Below are positions 29,470 through 40,146 of a stretch of 64,000 bases of DNA, piece by piece. Below the pieces are notes generated by a model. The model was given only the letters and a program-made list of their open reading frames with translations, ran no database searches and was not told the origin of the DNA. Source of the stretch: a virus; IMG/VR virus record IMGVR_UViG_3300020442_002364, positions 1 to 64,000 of that record, one strand, 5' to 3'. How positions within the stretch are numbered: the first letter of the stretch is position 1; each line of letters begins with the position of its first letter. The translations under genes were made by a program, and so were the position numbers.

Positions 29470-31134
29470 TCAGAAAGTGCCGCCATCGATCGTTGTAGTC
29501 CAAACAGGAATACCAGATGAATTGACGGTAAGAATTTGGAAGGAAGTTGTAGCGTCACTAGTGCCAGAAGCGGGAGTAACACTCAAAGCTCCTGAACCAT
29601 TACCATATAAGATACCATTTGTAGTAAAGGTACTTTGTCCTGTACCACCATACTGAACTTCCAAGTCAGTATCAAGTTCCAGATCACCTAGAACTACGGT
29701 ACCACGGTTCCCATTTACACCGAAGACTGTATTGGTGTCTGTGGCATCTTCAATAAAAGTCCATGCACCTAGTCCATCGGCACCGCCCGTGCGGTCAAAA
29801 CCAAAGAAACCGAACTTAGCAGATCCACCTTCAAAGTAGTGAACTTTAACACCACGATCAAGAGCGTCATCTGCACCGCGAGTTACTGTTAAAGATGCTC
29901 CTTCAGCGAGACCTGCGCCTGTGAGGTTGGCACTTAAAGTAAGAGTCTTAGTACCAGTATTAATTGAACTGATAGTAACACCAGCACCGATGATGCCAGA
30001 TACGGCAGCAACGGCGTCACCTGCTTGAAGACCATCCAGCTTGTCAACTACGACATCTGCTTGTCCTGCTGCAGCAACAGCTTCAACATTGAGGACTGTT
30101 GTTGGATCTCCTAACTCGATGGTAGGATCGTTAACTGACATATTTGCCGAGTTAACAGTTGTCGTAGTACCATCAATCTGAAGATCACCCTTGATAATAA
30201 CCAAACCAGAGGCATCGCCACCTGCAGGATCAGGATCAAGGATCATCTCAGTACCAGAAGTGGTAGAGATTACATTACCATCAAGCTTCAGTGAGTCGAT
30301 AGTAATCTCACCAGTCTGAGCGGTATTACCTGTGATTGTAGTTTGACCGTTAAAAGTTACTCCGTTAGCAAACGTAGTTGTTGAATTAACAGTCAGAGTA
30401 TCTGAACTTGCATCACCAATGGTAGCGTCTCCTTCAACAAGAAGAGCTCCTGTGGAAGTTTGACCTGCAACACCGACACCACCAGCAACGGTGAAAGCAC
30501 CTGTGGTGGAGTTGGTGGAAGCTGTAACGTCAGATAACTTAAGTGCGACTCCATTATCGTATTCCCAATCTGCCCCATCAACTCTTACTTTATCTAGAGT
30601 TGCTTCGTCGTAACGAATGCCTCCATCTTTATTATTACCAAAGTAGATACGCATGTCATCAGCAACACGCAGGTCGGGGGTGCCTGCTACACGCTTGATG
30701 TCTAATGTGCCATCTGCATCAGTATATACAAGTTCTACATCTCCAGTCGTACCAAACTCAAGTTCTTGTCCATCTTCAATTACAAGCTTACCTGTTCCGT
30801 TAGCTCGGAAAATAAGATCGGTATCTGTAGTGGAAGTTGTGATGACATTTGCATTTAAATTGATGTCATCGACATTCCAATTGTCGATTTTGCTGTTGCT
30901 ATCGACAAGTACAGCAGAACTCGCTGTTAAGGTACCATGAACATGATCCAACAGATCTGTAAAGTACCTACCACCAACAACCTGGGCAGCACCATTATTG
31001 TCACCGACGAATAAACGGTCACCCTGGTTTGCTTGAGTACCAGTACCACTTTGAGTTACGGCTAATTCGCCGTATGTAATAGTACCTGGCGCTGTCGTGC
31101 CTGTACTTCTTTTAATAAGGATGGATGATGCCAT
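29470..31134 (-). CDS. Tail fibre protein
   Basis: N-terminal ILIKRS..GELA; GDLQIDGTTTTVNS..V.DP.IELG; YGGTG; C-terminal IDGGTF. Confidence 0.8.
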   Translation of the reverse strand: MASSILIKRSTGTTAPGTITYGELAVTQSGTGTQANQGDRLFVGDNNGAAQVVGGRYFTDLLDHVHGTLTASSAVLVDSNSKIDNWNVDDINLNANVITTSTTDTDLIFRANGTGKLVIEDGQELEFGTTGDVELVYTDADGTLDIKRVAGTPDLRVADDMRIYFGNNKDGGIRYDEATLDKVRVDGADWEYDNGVALKLSDVTASTNSTTGAFTVAGGVGVAGQTSTGALLVEGDATIGDASSDTLTVNSTTTFANGVTFNGQTTITGNTAQTGEITIDSLKLDGNVISTTSGTEMILDPDPAGGDASGLVIIKGDLQIDGTTTTVNSANMSVNDPTIELGDPTTVLNVEAVAAAGQADVVVDKLDGLQAGDAVAAVSGIIGAGVTISSINTGTKTLTLSANLTGAGLAEGASLTVTRGADDALDRGVKVHYFEGGSAKFGFFGFDRTGGADGLGAWTFIEDATDTNTVFGVNGNRGTVVLGDLELDTDLEVQYGGTGQSTFTTNGILYGNGSGALSVTPASGTSDATTSFQILTVNSSGIPVWTTTIDGGTF

Positions 31135-31355
31135 CAGAACGAACCCCCGTTGATCGTGATGTTATTTAATACGTTAGTTGCGACGAACTTGCTATTTGTT
31201 TGGTCATAAACTAGAACTGACCCATCTTGCAATCCGCCTTGTGTGGTGTCGGTAAGATCGATATCCGATAACCCACCGATACTTCCTCCACCGCCTCCAG
31301 TAGCAACTCTCGTTACTCTAGGTACAGATTGGTCTCCGAATCTTAATCGTGCCAT
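31134..31355 (-). CDS. Small fibre-associated structural protein
   Basis: LSDID..DGSVLVYD....KF repeat type; ends INGGSF; translational coupling on both sides. Confidence 0.7.
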   Translation of the reverse strand: MARLRFGDQSVPRVTRVATGGGGGSIGGLSDIDLTDTTQGGLQDGSVLVYDQTNSKFVATNVLNNITINGGSF

Positions 31356-31693
31356 CAGATAGTAACCCCCTCAAGAACACTTACAGAACCTTCCAACACC
31401 CTTGATTTGACTCCAGTGCTAGAAGTAATAACGACATCATATACGTATCTACCAGACTTCATTGCGGCAGTTACAGCATTCCCTAGAGAAAGTTGAATTT
31501 GTCCAGCTGTAGCAGGCGATAAAATCGCAGCAGTTACAGTAGTGGATGTACTACTTGTGTAGTGTTTCTTAATTAGGCAAGCAACACTATATCCAGTCAA
31601 GTTAAAAGCGGTCCCGTTATCGTTTTCTACAGTGAAATCGATATTAAAGTCAGAACCTTGATAAATCAATAAATTGGATACAGCAGAAGCCAT
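31355..31693 (-). CDS. Conserved Ig-like (BppU-N-like) structural protein
   Basis: NL.IYQGSDF...NLTGY...G.I.LSL...T..M..GRYVYDV...RVLEG. Confidence 0.7.
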   Translation of the reverse strand: MASAVSNLLIYQGSDFNIDFTVENDNGTAFNLTGYSVACLIKKHYTSSTSTTVTAAILSPATAGQIQLSLGNAVTAAMKSGRYVYDVVITSSTGVKSRVLEGSVSVLEGVTI

Positions 31694-31714
31694 GCTCTAA
31701 AGAATTCCTTCTAT

Positions 31715-31736
31715 TATTTAGCTCATTGGTATTTAT
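31715..31736 (-). promoter_or_regulatory. Two tandem late-promoter-like TAAATA motifs
   Basis: ATAAATA (31730-31736) and CTAAATA (31715-31721). Confidence 0.6.
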
Positions 31737-31954
31737 CGATCTTCAAGGAGACTTTTTACAAGACTCTTGAGTTCGTCTATCTCATCTCGCAGATCGTTCA
31801 AGGTACGATCTTTGCGTTTTGCTTCTTCTCTTGCCTGGATATATGCTTCATATCCAGTCTGATCCATATTCACAATTGCATTAGAATTTTTATCCCTGCC
31901 GAGGTTAGAATGCCCCTCGACAGGTATCAATTCAACATAGTCTTCATTTGTCAT
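31733..31954 (-). CDS. Conserved hypothetical protein
   Basis: VEGHSNLGRD..SNAIVN..coiled-coil tail; ATGA coupling to the upstream gene. Confidence 0.75.
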   Translation of the reverse strand: MTNEDYVELIPVEGHSNLGRDKNSNAIVNMDQTGYEAYIQAREEAKRKDRTLNDLRDEIDELKSLVKSLLEDR

Positions 31955-34900
31955 GCTAAAGCAATAATTCTTAAATCTTTGACCCTAGGTATGTATGGTT
32001 GATTGTAACCGACTAAAGAAATTTTGATTTGGAATGCATCAAAGTTTCCAAGATCGTCAACTGTAAATTCAAAATCTTCAAACTCTTCTGGATTATTCTG
32101 TGCGATGATTTCACCACTATCAGGTTTTCCATTTGTGTTAAAGAATTCAAAGTCGAGATCATCAACATTACCACCAAATCCAACAGGAACCATTTTATAC
32201 ATCACTCTAATGTTAGATTGAGTGAAGATGTTTCCAGCAAGCATTACTTTAAGACCAGTAGCACCCTTATCAAGTCTAGCAAGTCTAGTGATGTAATTTG
32301 CTACGCATTCTCCACCAATAGTTTTCGACGGTTCAATATTATTGTAAACGTTTCCAGTAGTAACGATAGAGCACTTTTCAAGATCAACTACAGGAGAAAG
32401 ATTATCTCTTTCAGAAAGGAAATCAATCTCCATAGTAAATGATTTTTCACTGTTCATTCTATTGATCTCATTCAACTCAGATGCAATCATCTTAGTTGCA
32501 GTGAAGTAATTGATTTCTCCAAGAGTTACATCAGCGTAAGTAGTATCCTTGACAAAAGAAGTTTCAGCAGATACTCCAGATGGGAAAGGTCCACAGGAAG
32601 TTGCGCTAGTAGCGAGGACGCGAGCAACTAAAGAAGTTTCTGGTTGCTGTTGATTCTGAATCTGTGGAGTAAGTACATCCCAAGGAATATTTTGAGAGAC
32701 CGTAATGTTTGGACCACCTGCACTAAGAGACGAACCAGCATTTTTTCCAGTAATTCTTAAGTTATAGGAATGTGGACTGTTGATGCTAATAATTCCACCT
32801 GTAGTGCTGCTATGAGTTGTGTTAATCAGAGGTAATGGAATACCTGCAAGGTTAAAACACTCAACGACAGCATTGTCAAGGTGAGCTTTACCTGTGCCAG
32901 TTCCAGAACCGTTTGTCCAGCTTCTACCAGTTACGGTTCCTGCTCCATGACCAACAACGTTAATGACATTTCCGTTAATTGCCTCATATGCAACAACTTC
33001 ATCACCACTTCCATCTTCTTCTGCACCAAGAATTCTGATAAATCCTGGATTAGATGCACTAACAGCAGATCCACCAATGGTAGTGTGAATATCACTGGCA
33101 TCATCAACAGTAATTTGAGATGCGGTAGTTCCAAATCCACCACCCATGTTAATTGCTGTGTCTGCAATTTCAGAAATTACACCATCAACCTTGACATAGT
33201 TGAGGTTGGATTGCATACCATGATTAGAATGGAATACTCTAATCTCATCACTTCCAGAGGTAAGTAAGAAAGAGTTTGGTAACAAGCGAAGGAATCCACC
33301 ATTACCTTCTCCCAACTGTGCATTGTTAAGGACAAGTTTGGAGTTTGCAGATGTGGTTGGAAGAGTAAACTTACATCTGTAGATCTTAAACATCAGATCC
33401 TCAAATTGAGAAGGAGTCCAAGTAGATGCGTTTTGAGACTTGAACAGAACACCGATATATGGTTGTTCAGAGATCTTCTCACCAGAGTGAGTAGCATCAA
33501 TAGCGTCCTTACCTAAGATAGAAATGAATGTCTTATAGTTGTTAGAGTCTGAAGTTAGAACTAACGCAAATTCCTGTCTGTATGGGATATAAACTGGAGA
33601 TTCAAATGTAAACGTGGTTGGAGTAGATGCGTCTTCAGAAATGAATACCTCTTCTGGTTCTTTGACAACTTTAGACAATGGAACGATAACTTGTGTTGGA
33701 GTTCCATTTACAACAGTTCTAATATCAAGAGATACTGGAATCTCAGAGTCTTTGCTTTGGAAGAACAAATCTACCTTACTGAGATATACACCACCTTCTA
33801 ATCCAGACTCATCTACAAGGAAAGTCTGTGCAAGTGGGTCAATGAATCTTGTTTGTGTACTTGAAGATGTATTAACAAGAGTTCTTTCTTGTCTCATTTC
33901 TTCAGAAGTAACTCTTGCATTTCTTACAGAAATGATAGTTTCTTGCTGAGTTTGGAGAATACCTGAAGAAGTGAATTCTGATTCTGCATTGGAATCAGAC
34001 AATCCAGGAGTTCTGCTATCATCATTCTGGTCAGTGAGTCTAAAGAGTCTCGTTCCAGTCTTAAATTTCTGATTACCAGATACATTTGGATCGGCAATGA
34101 AGAAACTTCCTCTAAGTTTTCCAGCACCGTCAGTAATCAAAGATTTATCATTTACTTTTGCAATGGCACCAGAAGTCTCTCCGACAAGATAGTCATTAAG
34201 TTTTGGAGAACCATAGTAAGTTCCTTTTGCTTGATCTGCAAGCGCCTTAGTATCAATATTGATAAATCCTAAGTTGGAAGTGTAATCACTGAGAGCAGTA
34301 ATGCTTGCCCCGTCAAGAGGGTTAATTGTATTACCTTCATTTGGAGCAACTGCTTTTGCTTTGAATCTAAAGTTGCCGTTGGCATCCTTAACATAAACAG
34401 TCTCACCAATTTGGAAAGGAGTGCTGTTAGTCTTAGAATCAACTGAAGGATCTTTTACAAGTCCAATAATTTTTGGAGTAATATTTGCAGTTGATACAGC
34501 AATTCCGTCAAAGAAAGCAAAGAACTTAGTTCTAGGTTTGAGTTTCTTAACGTCAAACTCAATGTTTCTAGAACGCATAAAGTTGATGTGCTCTACAGAA
34601 ACAACTCTATTACCTAAAGACTGTTGTTCAATGATAGGAGTTACTCTAAAGCGGATACCAGTTCTGGTTTGCCTTGTAGTTGTTGTAGTAGTTCTTGTAG
34701 TTCTAACTCTAATTCTTCTCTTTCCTTGTCTATCTCTATTTTCGGAAGTAGATGTAGAAGTTCCTGTCCAAGTTGTTTGCCAAGAATTCCATTGAATTGG
34801 TGCAAAACCATTCTGATCGGCATTGAAGTCACGAACAGTTGTAAGGAAGTTACCCTCTAAGGTTGGTCCTTTGATTGGAGAAAGTGATTTTGTATCTACC

Positions 34901-37900
34901 CAGTTGTCGGATTCTGGGAAGAGTGTAACATCACCAATAAAAGTAAAGACGTTAAATGGGTTGACGTTCTCTACACCAGAAGCATAATCTTGCTGGAGTA
35001 ACAGTTCATCTGTAAATGGTAGAGTTACAAGACTACCAGTTTGTTTGATATTTGTAGAGGATGTTCCAAAAACAAGAGGAACCTGAGTGGTGTAGTGACT
35101 TGGACGTAATTCACCTGCTTCAAAATCAACAGAAACTCTATAGTCTGGATGTAAAGTGTCACTAGTGGCAAGACTTGCAAAGTTGTCAACGATAAATCCA
35201 TTTTTAAATCTATCGAGACCACTGGTGTCTCTAATGGACATGTTTGCAGTCTCACTTTCAAGTAAAGAAAGTTGAGTATAATATTCTAAATTCTTGATTC
35301 TTTCATCAAGTTTTTGAATATCTCTAAATGTATATCTTCTGAAGTTTGTCTCAACAATACTTACATCATCTTCAACATCAAATACGTATGGATTGTAAGT
35401 GATGGTAGCAAGGAGCATTGCATCATCGATATCTTCTGGTTGAACCAGAGACTCAGATGGGGATCCCTTTACAATTTGAATAACGTTATCTTTGTTGAGG
35501 AATACCTTGTCAATTCTTCCGAGGTAGTGCTCGTAACTAATAATTGTACTATCACTTCTTCCTGGAATACCAACTAAGTTTCCAGTAAAGGCACGATTGT
35601 TAAAATCAAACTTACCACCAGAGGTCAAAGTGAATGGTGATGTTCTAGAACCAGATCCACTAAGATTTGATGGAACAATTGGTCTATAGTCAATTGCATC
35701 ACGGAGAGGCAGACCAAGGTAACTTGGAATCTCTTTATACTCTGATGCTGGATAGGAGTCTACTGTATAGAAACCAGTTCCACTTGTAGTTAAGAATCTA
35801 TCAAAGATGACGATAATCTTATGTGTTGGTGCAGTAAAACCTGCTTTTCTTACAATTCTAGAATAGTCATAATATTGATCTCTTTGACCATCATCTAAAG
35901 TGTAAGTATCGGTAATGTCTTTAGATCCTAAAACAATAGAACCAGCTACAATAGTCAATGATGCATTTGGACCAGAAATAGTCTCAGCATCAGTAAACTT
36001 ATCATCACCTACAGGGATGAAGTAAACATAGTTACTATCAATAGAAACTACTCTTGCTCTAGATCCTGAGATAGATCCAGTAATAATATCGTCAATTTGA
36101 AGAGATCCATTCAAATTAGTATACTGGAAACTTGGCAGAATTGGATCTTGGTCATCCTTAGATTCCAAGATCGCCTTAATTTTAATTACATCTGCACAAC
36201 CTAAAGAAATCTCATTATCTTCGATTCTATAACCATAACCAGAAGCGTTGCTGGACAAACCGTTGATTGCAGAACCAGTAGTATCATCAATCTTAAGGAT
36301 CTTCATCCTTTCGGTTGTCTTGACCTTTGCAGACCTATCACTTTGGAATACGGTAGCAATGACCTCAACACCAGTTACAGCGTTGTCTAAACCGCTTACA
36401 GTAACCGATGACTGAGTTCCTGCAGCAGCACTGAAGGTTGGAGATCCACCAGAGGTTACAATCGTTCCTGTTGGCATTGTTCCACCACCAGCAGTAACAA
36501 TTACAAAGAAATCATCAGCATCAGTGGCATCTCTGAATGAAAGACCAGTGCCAGCAGTCAAACTGAAAGATCCAGAAGAAACACTAATACCAGTATAACT
36601 TTGTCTGAAGAATCCAGATGGAGCAACTGTATTATTTTTATTTGTGTTCTTAATTGCTAATTGACCAATATCACTTAAGAGAACACGATTATTAGTATCC
36701 TTGATTTCTGGTCTGGTTCTTACTAAAGGACTAGTAATTGCAGAATTAGTAAGAGTGGTAGATCCAAGACGAGTAATATTAAAGCTAAAGTTATTAGTAA
36801 TAGAAGTAACTTTTGCTTTATGACTTGCATTGTTATTAGAGAACTCGATAATATCATTGAGTCTCAATTGAGACACAAAGTTAGACAGGGTTGCTGTTAC
36901 TGTAGCATTTCCTCCAGAAACTCCAGAGAGAATAGGACCAGATCCAGGTAAAGCAACTTTTACATCTAATTGAACATCAGCAGTAAATCCGCCACCAGCA
37001 AGTTGTTTTACATCACTGAAGTTATATGCATATGCAGCGGTGCTTGTAGCAAAGGTGCTACCATCACTAGCAAGAAGAGTTTCTGCTTGTGCAAATGTAC
37101 CAGTTACACCATAAACATAACCAGTTGTACCAGAACCAGTCGCAATGAAACCTTTAGCGCCAGAAGTCGCGCCAGTAATTTGGTTGCCCGCAGTCCAAGT
37201 TACACTATTGGTAGTTAACTTAGTGTACAGAGTGGTGTCTGCAACATTTAATCTATAGATGGTATCACTAGTGTCTCTTGTACCATCCTCATAACTGAAA
37301 CCATATACTCTAGTTTTACCGATAATGGTTCCGTTAGCTGAACCAGGAGTAGTGTTTTTCTCATCGCGCAACTCAATTGTCTCATAAAGAGATGGTGCTT
37401 GATGTGTATTACTAATAAGAATGTGGTTTCCAAAAGAAGCACTTAAAGACTGACTGTCTTTACCAATAAAAGTTCTTGGTTTATCTACATCCGTATAAGT
37501 TGCAGACTGTTTCTCAGTTCTAAATCCAGAGATATATGCAACACCAGCAGACAATTGAACTGCTACCTTATCTTCGGATGCAACATTACCATTAGCGGTT
37601 GTTGCTCCAACGTCATATACACCATTATTAAATCCATCGTTGAGGTTTTCTCTTACATCAACATCAAATTTTTTGACGTAATAGTCACCAGACTCTTCTC
37701 TAGTTCTGTTTGCCAGAACCTGATTGATAAATCCAAGATCACTTCTTACGACCTTTTTCTTAATAGCTCCAGTATCAGTTCTAAGAAGTTCAATAAAGTC
37801 AGCAGAGTTAGGATCTGTGACATTCTTCTTGACCAGAGTCAGATTAATCTTGAATCTATCTGCACCAGGAGCGGAGAAGTTAGTGCTTCCGATAGCATTA

Positions 37901-38607
37901 TCGTAGAGAGTTTCATCTTCATCTGCAGTGATGAGTCTCTCTTCTACTTTTAAACCAACTTTATATGTTGGTGTAGTTCCATACTGATCAAGAATAAGAG
38001 TTTGTTCTAGAACAGGTACAAAGTAACCCCTTACAAAATAGATACCAGCGCCAATGTTAGCAGTAGAACCAGTAGAACTTGAGTTTGAGTTAAGAAGTTG
38101 TGCTAATGGTGTTCCTGCAGAAATAGTTGTAGACTGATATGTAATATCTTCTTCACAAGTCAGAACTTCACCATTAGTGAATGTTGTAGTAGTATTATCG
38201 CTTGCTTTTTGTAAATACGTTACATAAAACGTAATATTGTTTCTTTCTGAAGTAGCAGCAGAAATAGAGAATGAAACTCTAGCACGAACGCCAGATGTAG
38301 CGCCTTTAATAACTTTTCCGTCAATGGCAGCACGATATAACTCAACATCAAGGTTGAGGTATGTGTTCTGAATTAAGACTGCAGGAAAATCGTTATTAAG
38401 AGTAATTCCACCAGGAACTACTACAGATCCTTCCTTGTATACACCTTGACCAAACGTGTCAATCTGATTCTGCAGAATACTCTGCAGAGTCGTCAGTTCT
38501 CTAGCTTGAACTGGATACCCTGGCTTAAAAAGAACTTTTAGAAACCCCTTATCCGAGTCAAAGTCGTCAAAATAAGGGGCGATGTTCAGGTTGGTATTCT
38601 GTGCCAT
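31951..38607 (-). CDS. VrlC-like / DUF4815 baseplate-associated structural protein
   Basis: PYFDDFD...VLFKPG.PVQARELT.LQSILQNQ, APGADRFKI, RFKNGFIVDNF, DPLAQTF, PRVKDLRIIALA; follows gp8. Confidence 0.88.
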   Translation of the reverse strand: MAQNTNLNIAPYFDDFDSDKGFLKVLFKPGYPVQARELTTLQSILQNQIDTFGQGVYKEGSVVVPGGITLNNDFPAVLIQNTYLNLDVELYRAAIDGKVIKGATSGVRARVSFSISAATSERNNITFYVTYLQKASDNTTTTFTNGEVLTCEEDITYQSTTISAGTPLAQLLNSNSSSTGSTANIGAGIYFVRGYFVPVLEQTLILDQYGTTPTYKVGLKVEERLITADEDETLYDNAIGSTNFSAPGADRFKINLTLVKKNVTDPNSADFIELLRTDTGAIKKKVVRSDLGFINQVLANRTREESGDYYVKKFDVDVRENLNDGFNNGVYDVGATTANGNVASEDKVAVQLSAGVAYISGFRTEKQSATYTDVDKPRTFIGKDSQSLSASFGNHILISNTHQAPSLYETIELRDEKNTTPGSANGTIIGKTRVYGFSYEDGTRDTSDTIYRLNVADTTLYTKLTTNSVTWTAGNQITGATSGAKGFIATGSGTTGYVYGVTGTFAQAETLLASDGSTFATSTAAYAYNFSDVKQLAGGGFTADVQLDVKVALPGSGPILSGVSGGNATVTATLSNFVSQLRLNDIIEFSNNNASHKAKVTSITNNFSFNITRLGSTTLTNSAITSPLVRTRPEIKDTNNRVLLSDIGQLAIKNTNKNNTVAPSGFFRQSYTGISVSSGSFSLTAGTGLSFRDATDADDFFVIVTAGGGTMPTGTIVTSGGSPTFSAAAGTQSSVTVSGLDNAVTGVEVIATVFQSDRSAKVKTTERMKILKIDDTTGSAINGLSSNASGYGYRIEDNEISLGCADVIKIKAILESKDDQDPILPSFQYTNLNGSLQIDDIITGSISGSRARVVSIDSNYVYFIPVGDDKFTDAETISGPNASLTIVAGSIVLGSKDITDTYTLDDGQRDQYYDYSRIVRKAGFTAPTHKIIVIFDRFLTTSGTGFYTVDSYPASEYKEIPSYLGLPLRDAIDYRPIVPSNLSGSGSRTSPFTLTSGGKFDFNNRAFTGNLVGIPGRSDSTIISYEHYLGRIDKVFLNKDNVIQIVKGSPSESLVQPEDIDDAMLLATITYNPYVFDVEDDVSIVETNFRRYTFRDIQKLDERIKNLEYYTQLSLLESETANMSIRDTSGLDRFKNGFIVDNFASLATSDTLHPDYRVSVDFEAGELRPSHYTTQVPLVFGTSSTNIKQTGSLVTLPFTDELLLQQDYASGVENVNPFNVFTFIGDVTLFPESDNWVDTKSLSPIKGPTLEGNFLTTVRDFNADQNGFAPIQWNSWQTTWTGTSTSTSENRDRQGKRRIRVRTTRTTTTTTRQTRTGIRFRVTPIIEQQSLGNRVVSVEHINFMRSRNIEFDVKKLKPRTKFFAFFDGIAVSTANITPKIIGLVKDPSVDSKTNSTPFQIGETVYVKDANGNFRFKAKAVAPNEGNTINPLDGASITALSDYTSNLGFINIDTKALADQAKGTYYGSPKLNDYLVGETSGAIAKVNDKSLITDGAGKLRGSFFIADPNVSGNQKFKTGTRLFRLTDQNDDSRTPGLSDSNAESEFTSSGILQTQQETIISVRNARVTSEEMRQERTLVNTSSSTQTRFIDPLAQTFLVDESGLEGGVYLSKVDLFFQSKDSEIPVSLDIRTVVNGTPTQVIVPLSKVVKEPEEVFISEDASTPTTFTFESPVYIPYRQEFALVLTSDSNNYKTFISILGKDAIDATHSGEKISEQPYIGVLFKSQNASTWTPSQFEDLMFKIYRCKFTLPTTSANSKLVLNNAQLGEGNGGFLRLLPNSFLLTSGSDEIRVFHSNHGMQSNLNYVKVDGVISEIADTAINMGGGFGTTASQITVDDASDIHTTIGGSAVSASNPGFIRILGAEEDGSGDEVVAYEAINGNVINVVGHGAGTVTGRSWTNGSGTGTGKAHLDNAVVECFNLAGIPLPLINTTHSSTTGGIISINSPHSYNLRITGKNAGSSLSAGGPNITVSQNIPWDVLTPQIQNQQQPETSLVARVLATSATSCGPFPSGVSAETSFVKDTTYADVTLGEINYFTATKMIASELNEINRMNSEKSFTMEIDFLSERDNLSPVVDLEKCSIVTTGNVYNNIEPSKTIGGECVANYITRLARLDKGATGLKVMLAGNIFTQSNIRVMYKMVPVGFGGNVDDLDFEFFNTNGKPDSGEIIAQNNPEEFEDFEFTVDDLGNFDAFQIKISLVGYNQPYIPRVKDLRIIALA

Positions 38608-40119
38608 TTAGAATTCTATTACTACTTTGAGCTCTTCATTTTGGTCTGCCGATCTGGTGATCGGATTCCTATTATCTATGTAGAGGACTTCTCCAGAGTT
38701 AATTTCAATTTCTTGGTTAGCATAACCACCAATAAAGGAGAGACCTAATTCATAAACAGAAACACCAATGGTGATCTGTGATACTGGAATTGTACTTGTA
38801 CCGAAAGTGGAGTCTGGGGTTGCAGTGACGTTAGAATCCGATGTAATTTCATTAGCACCAGAAAACTCAACTACATTACCCTGATAGACGCCATCAGCAG
38901 AGTCTTGTACATACTTAAGTGTTTTTGTTGTTGAATTGTAAGAAACAACAAATCCCTTTGCATTCGTAGTTGTCTGTGTGATGATATCGCCAGGTGCAAA
39001 GTTTCCGCTAGGTGTTCCCGCTCCAGATTGAGGGAACTTGATTGCTCTAGCAGAGGATCTAGTATTTTGATTTGCTACGGTTGTAGTATTGAAATCAAAT
39101 GGATTCAGTACAAGACCAATTCTTCTATATGTAAGGTCGCTTGGAAAATCAACAAAAGCGTTAGTTGTCTCTAACTTAGTAGAGAACATCAAACGATAAG
39201 ATCCAAGTTCTCTTGCAGCGTCAGATCCATGACCTCCATTTGGAGGGATAACAACATCCAATGACGCCAATGTTCCACTACCTATGTTTGGAATCAGAGA
39301 AACATCTACAGTTCCAAATGTATAACCAGAACCAGCAGTGGTCATGATAACAGATGTAACAGACCCAGATACCACTGTAACTGTACAGAATGCTTGGGTT
39401 CCACCATTGATTTCCCAATCACCACGAACAGGAACGTTTGTATATGTTCCGTTATTGTATCCAGTTCCAGCGTTTTCTACAACGATGGTATCAACAGAAC
39501 CTTGACTGGCAGCGGATTTTACAAGTGTGTTTGTAAGAACTGGAATGAATTCAGAAGTAACAAATTTCAGAATGTTGTCAGCATCAATAGTATACATGTA
39601 CTTCCATCTGTATGAGTACACGCCAGCACTGTCACCAGTTTCAATAACCGTAGTGGATGTTCCTGTAGGTTCTACCAATGATGGACGACCCTTAGGGAAG
39701 TCTGGACTTTGACCGTTATACAGACATTTGTATACATTAAACTCACTATTCATTACATAATAGTTTGAGTCAAATAATCTTGAAGATCCGTTAGAAGTTG
39801 TTTTTGATGGTGAATAATCTGGTTTGTACATTGAATATACTTTTCCAGTTCCACCAGTAGTATTCACAGGATCAATCCAATCAATCCTAGGAACAACTAG
39901 AGCGGTATCTGCAATATCAATTCTTTTGAATGCCACAGAGTCTCTATATGAGTCTCGATGATACTCAAAACTGTCAATAGGCTCGTTAGCAGGAGGAGAA
40001 TCTGGTGTTCCCCATGTTTTTGCGCGACCAATGAACATGTACACTCTATTCGTACTGAGAAGAGTGTCCCTGAAACTTTCAGCGGCGTAAATTCTAAATT
40101 TATCAGTGACTAATGCCAT
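38608..40119 (-). CDS. gp8: Baseplate wedge subunit gp8
   Basis: YYVMNSEFNVYKCLYN, YRWKYMY, GHGSDA..ELG, SGEVLYIDNR.PITRS.DQ.EELK.VIEF. Confidence 0.92.
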   Translation of the reverse strand: MALVTDKFRIYAAESFRDTLLSTNRVYMFIGRAKTWGTPDSPPANEPIDSFEYHRDSYRDSVAFKRIDIADTALVVPRIDWIDPVNTTGGTGKVYSMYKPDYSPSKTTSNGSSRLFDSNYYVMNSEFNVYKCLYNGQSPDFPKGRPSLVEPTGTSTTVIETGDSAGVYSYRWKYMYTIDADNILKFVTSEFIPVLTNTLVKSAASQGSVDTIVVENAGTGYNNGTYTNVPVRGDWEINGGTQAFCTVTVVSGSVTSVIMTTAGSGYTFGTVDVSLIPNIGSGTLASLDVVIPPNGGHGSDAARELGSYRLMFSTKLETTNAFVDFPSDLTYRRIGLVLNPFDFNTTTVANQNTRSSARAIKFPQSGAGTPSGNFAPGDIITQTTTNAKGFVVSYNSTTKTLKYVQDSADGVYQGNVVEFSGANEITSDSNVTATPDSTFGTSTIPVSQITIGVSVYELGLSFIGGYANQEIEINSGEVLYIDNRNPITRSADQNEELKVVIEF

Positions 40120-40138
40120 GCCAATTGAGCTTTCTAGT

Positions 40139-40146
40139 TATTTATA
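40139..40146 (-). promoter_or_regulatory. T4-type late promoter TATAAATA
   Basis: Exact consensus overlapping the gp7 stop, upstream of gp8. Confidence 0.85.
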
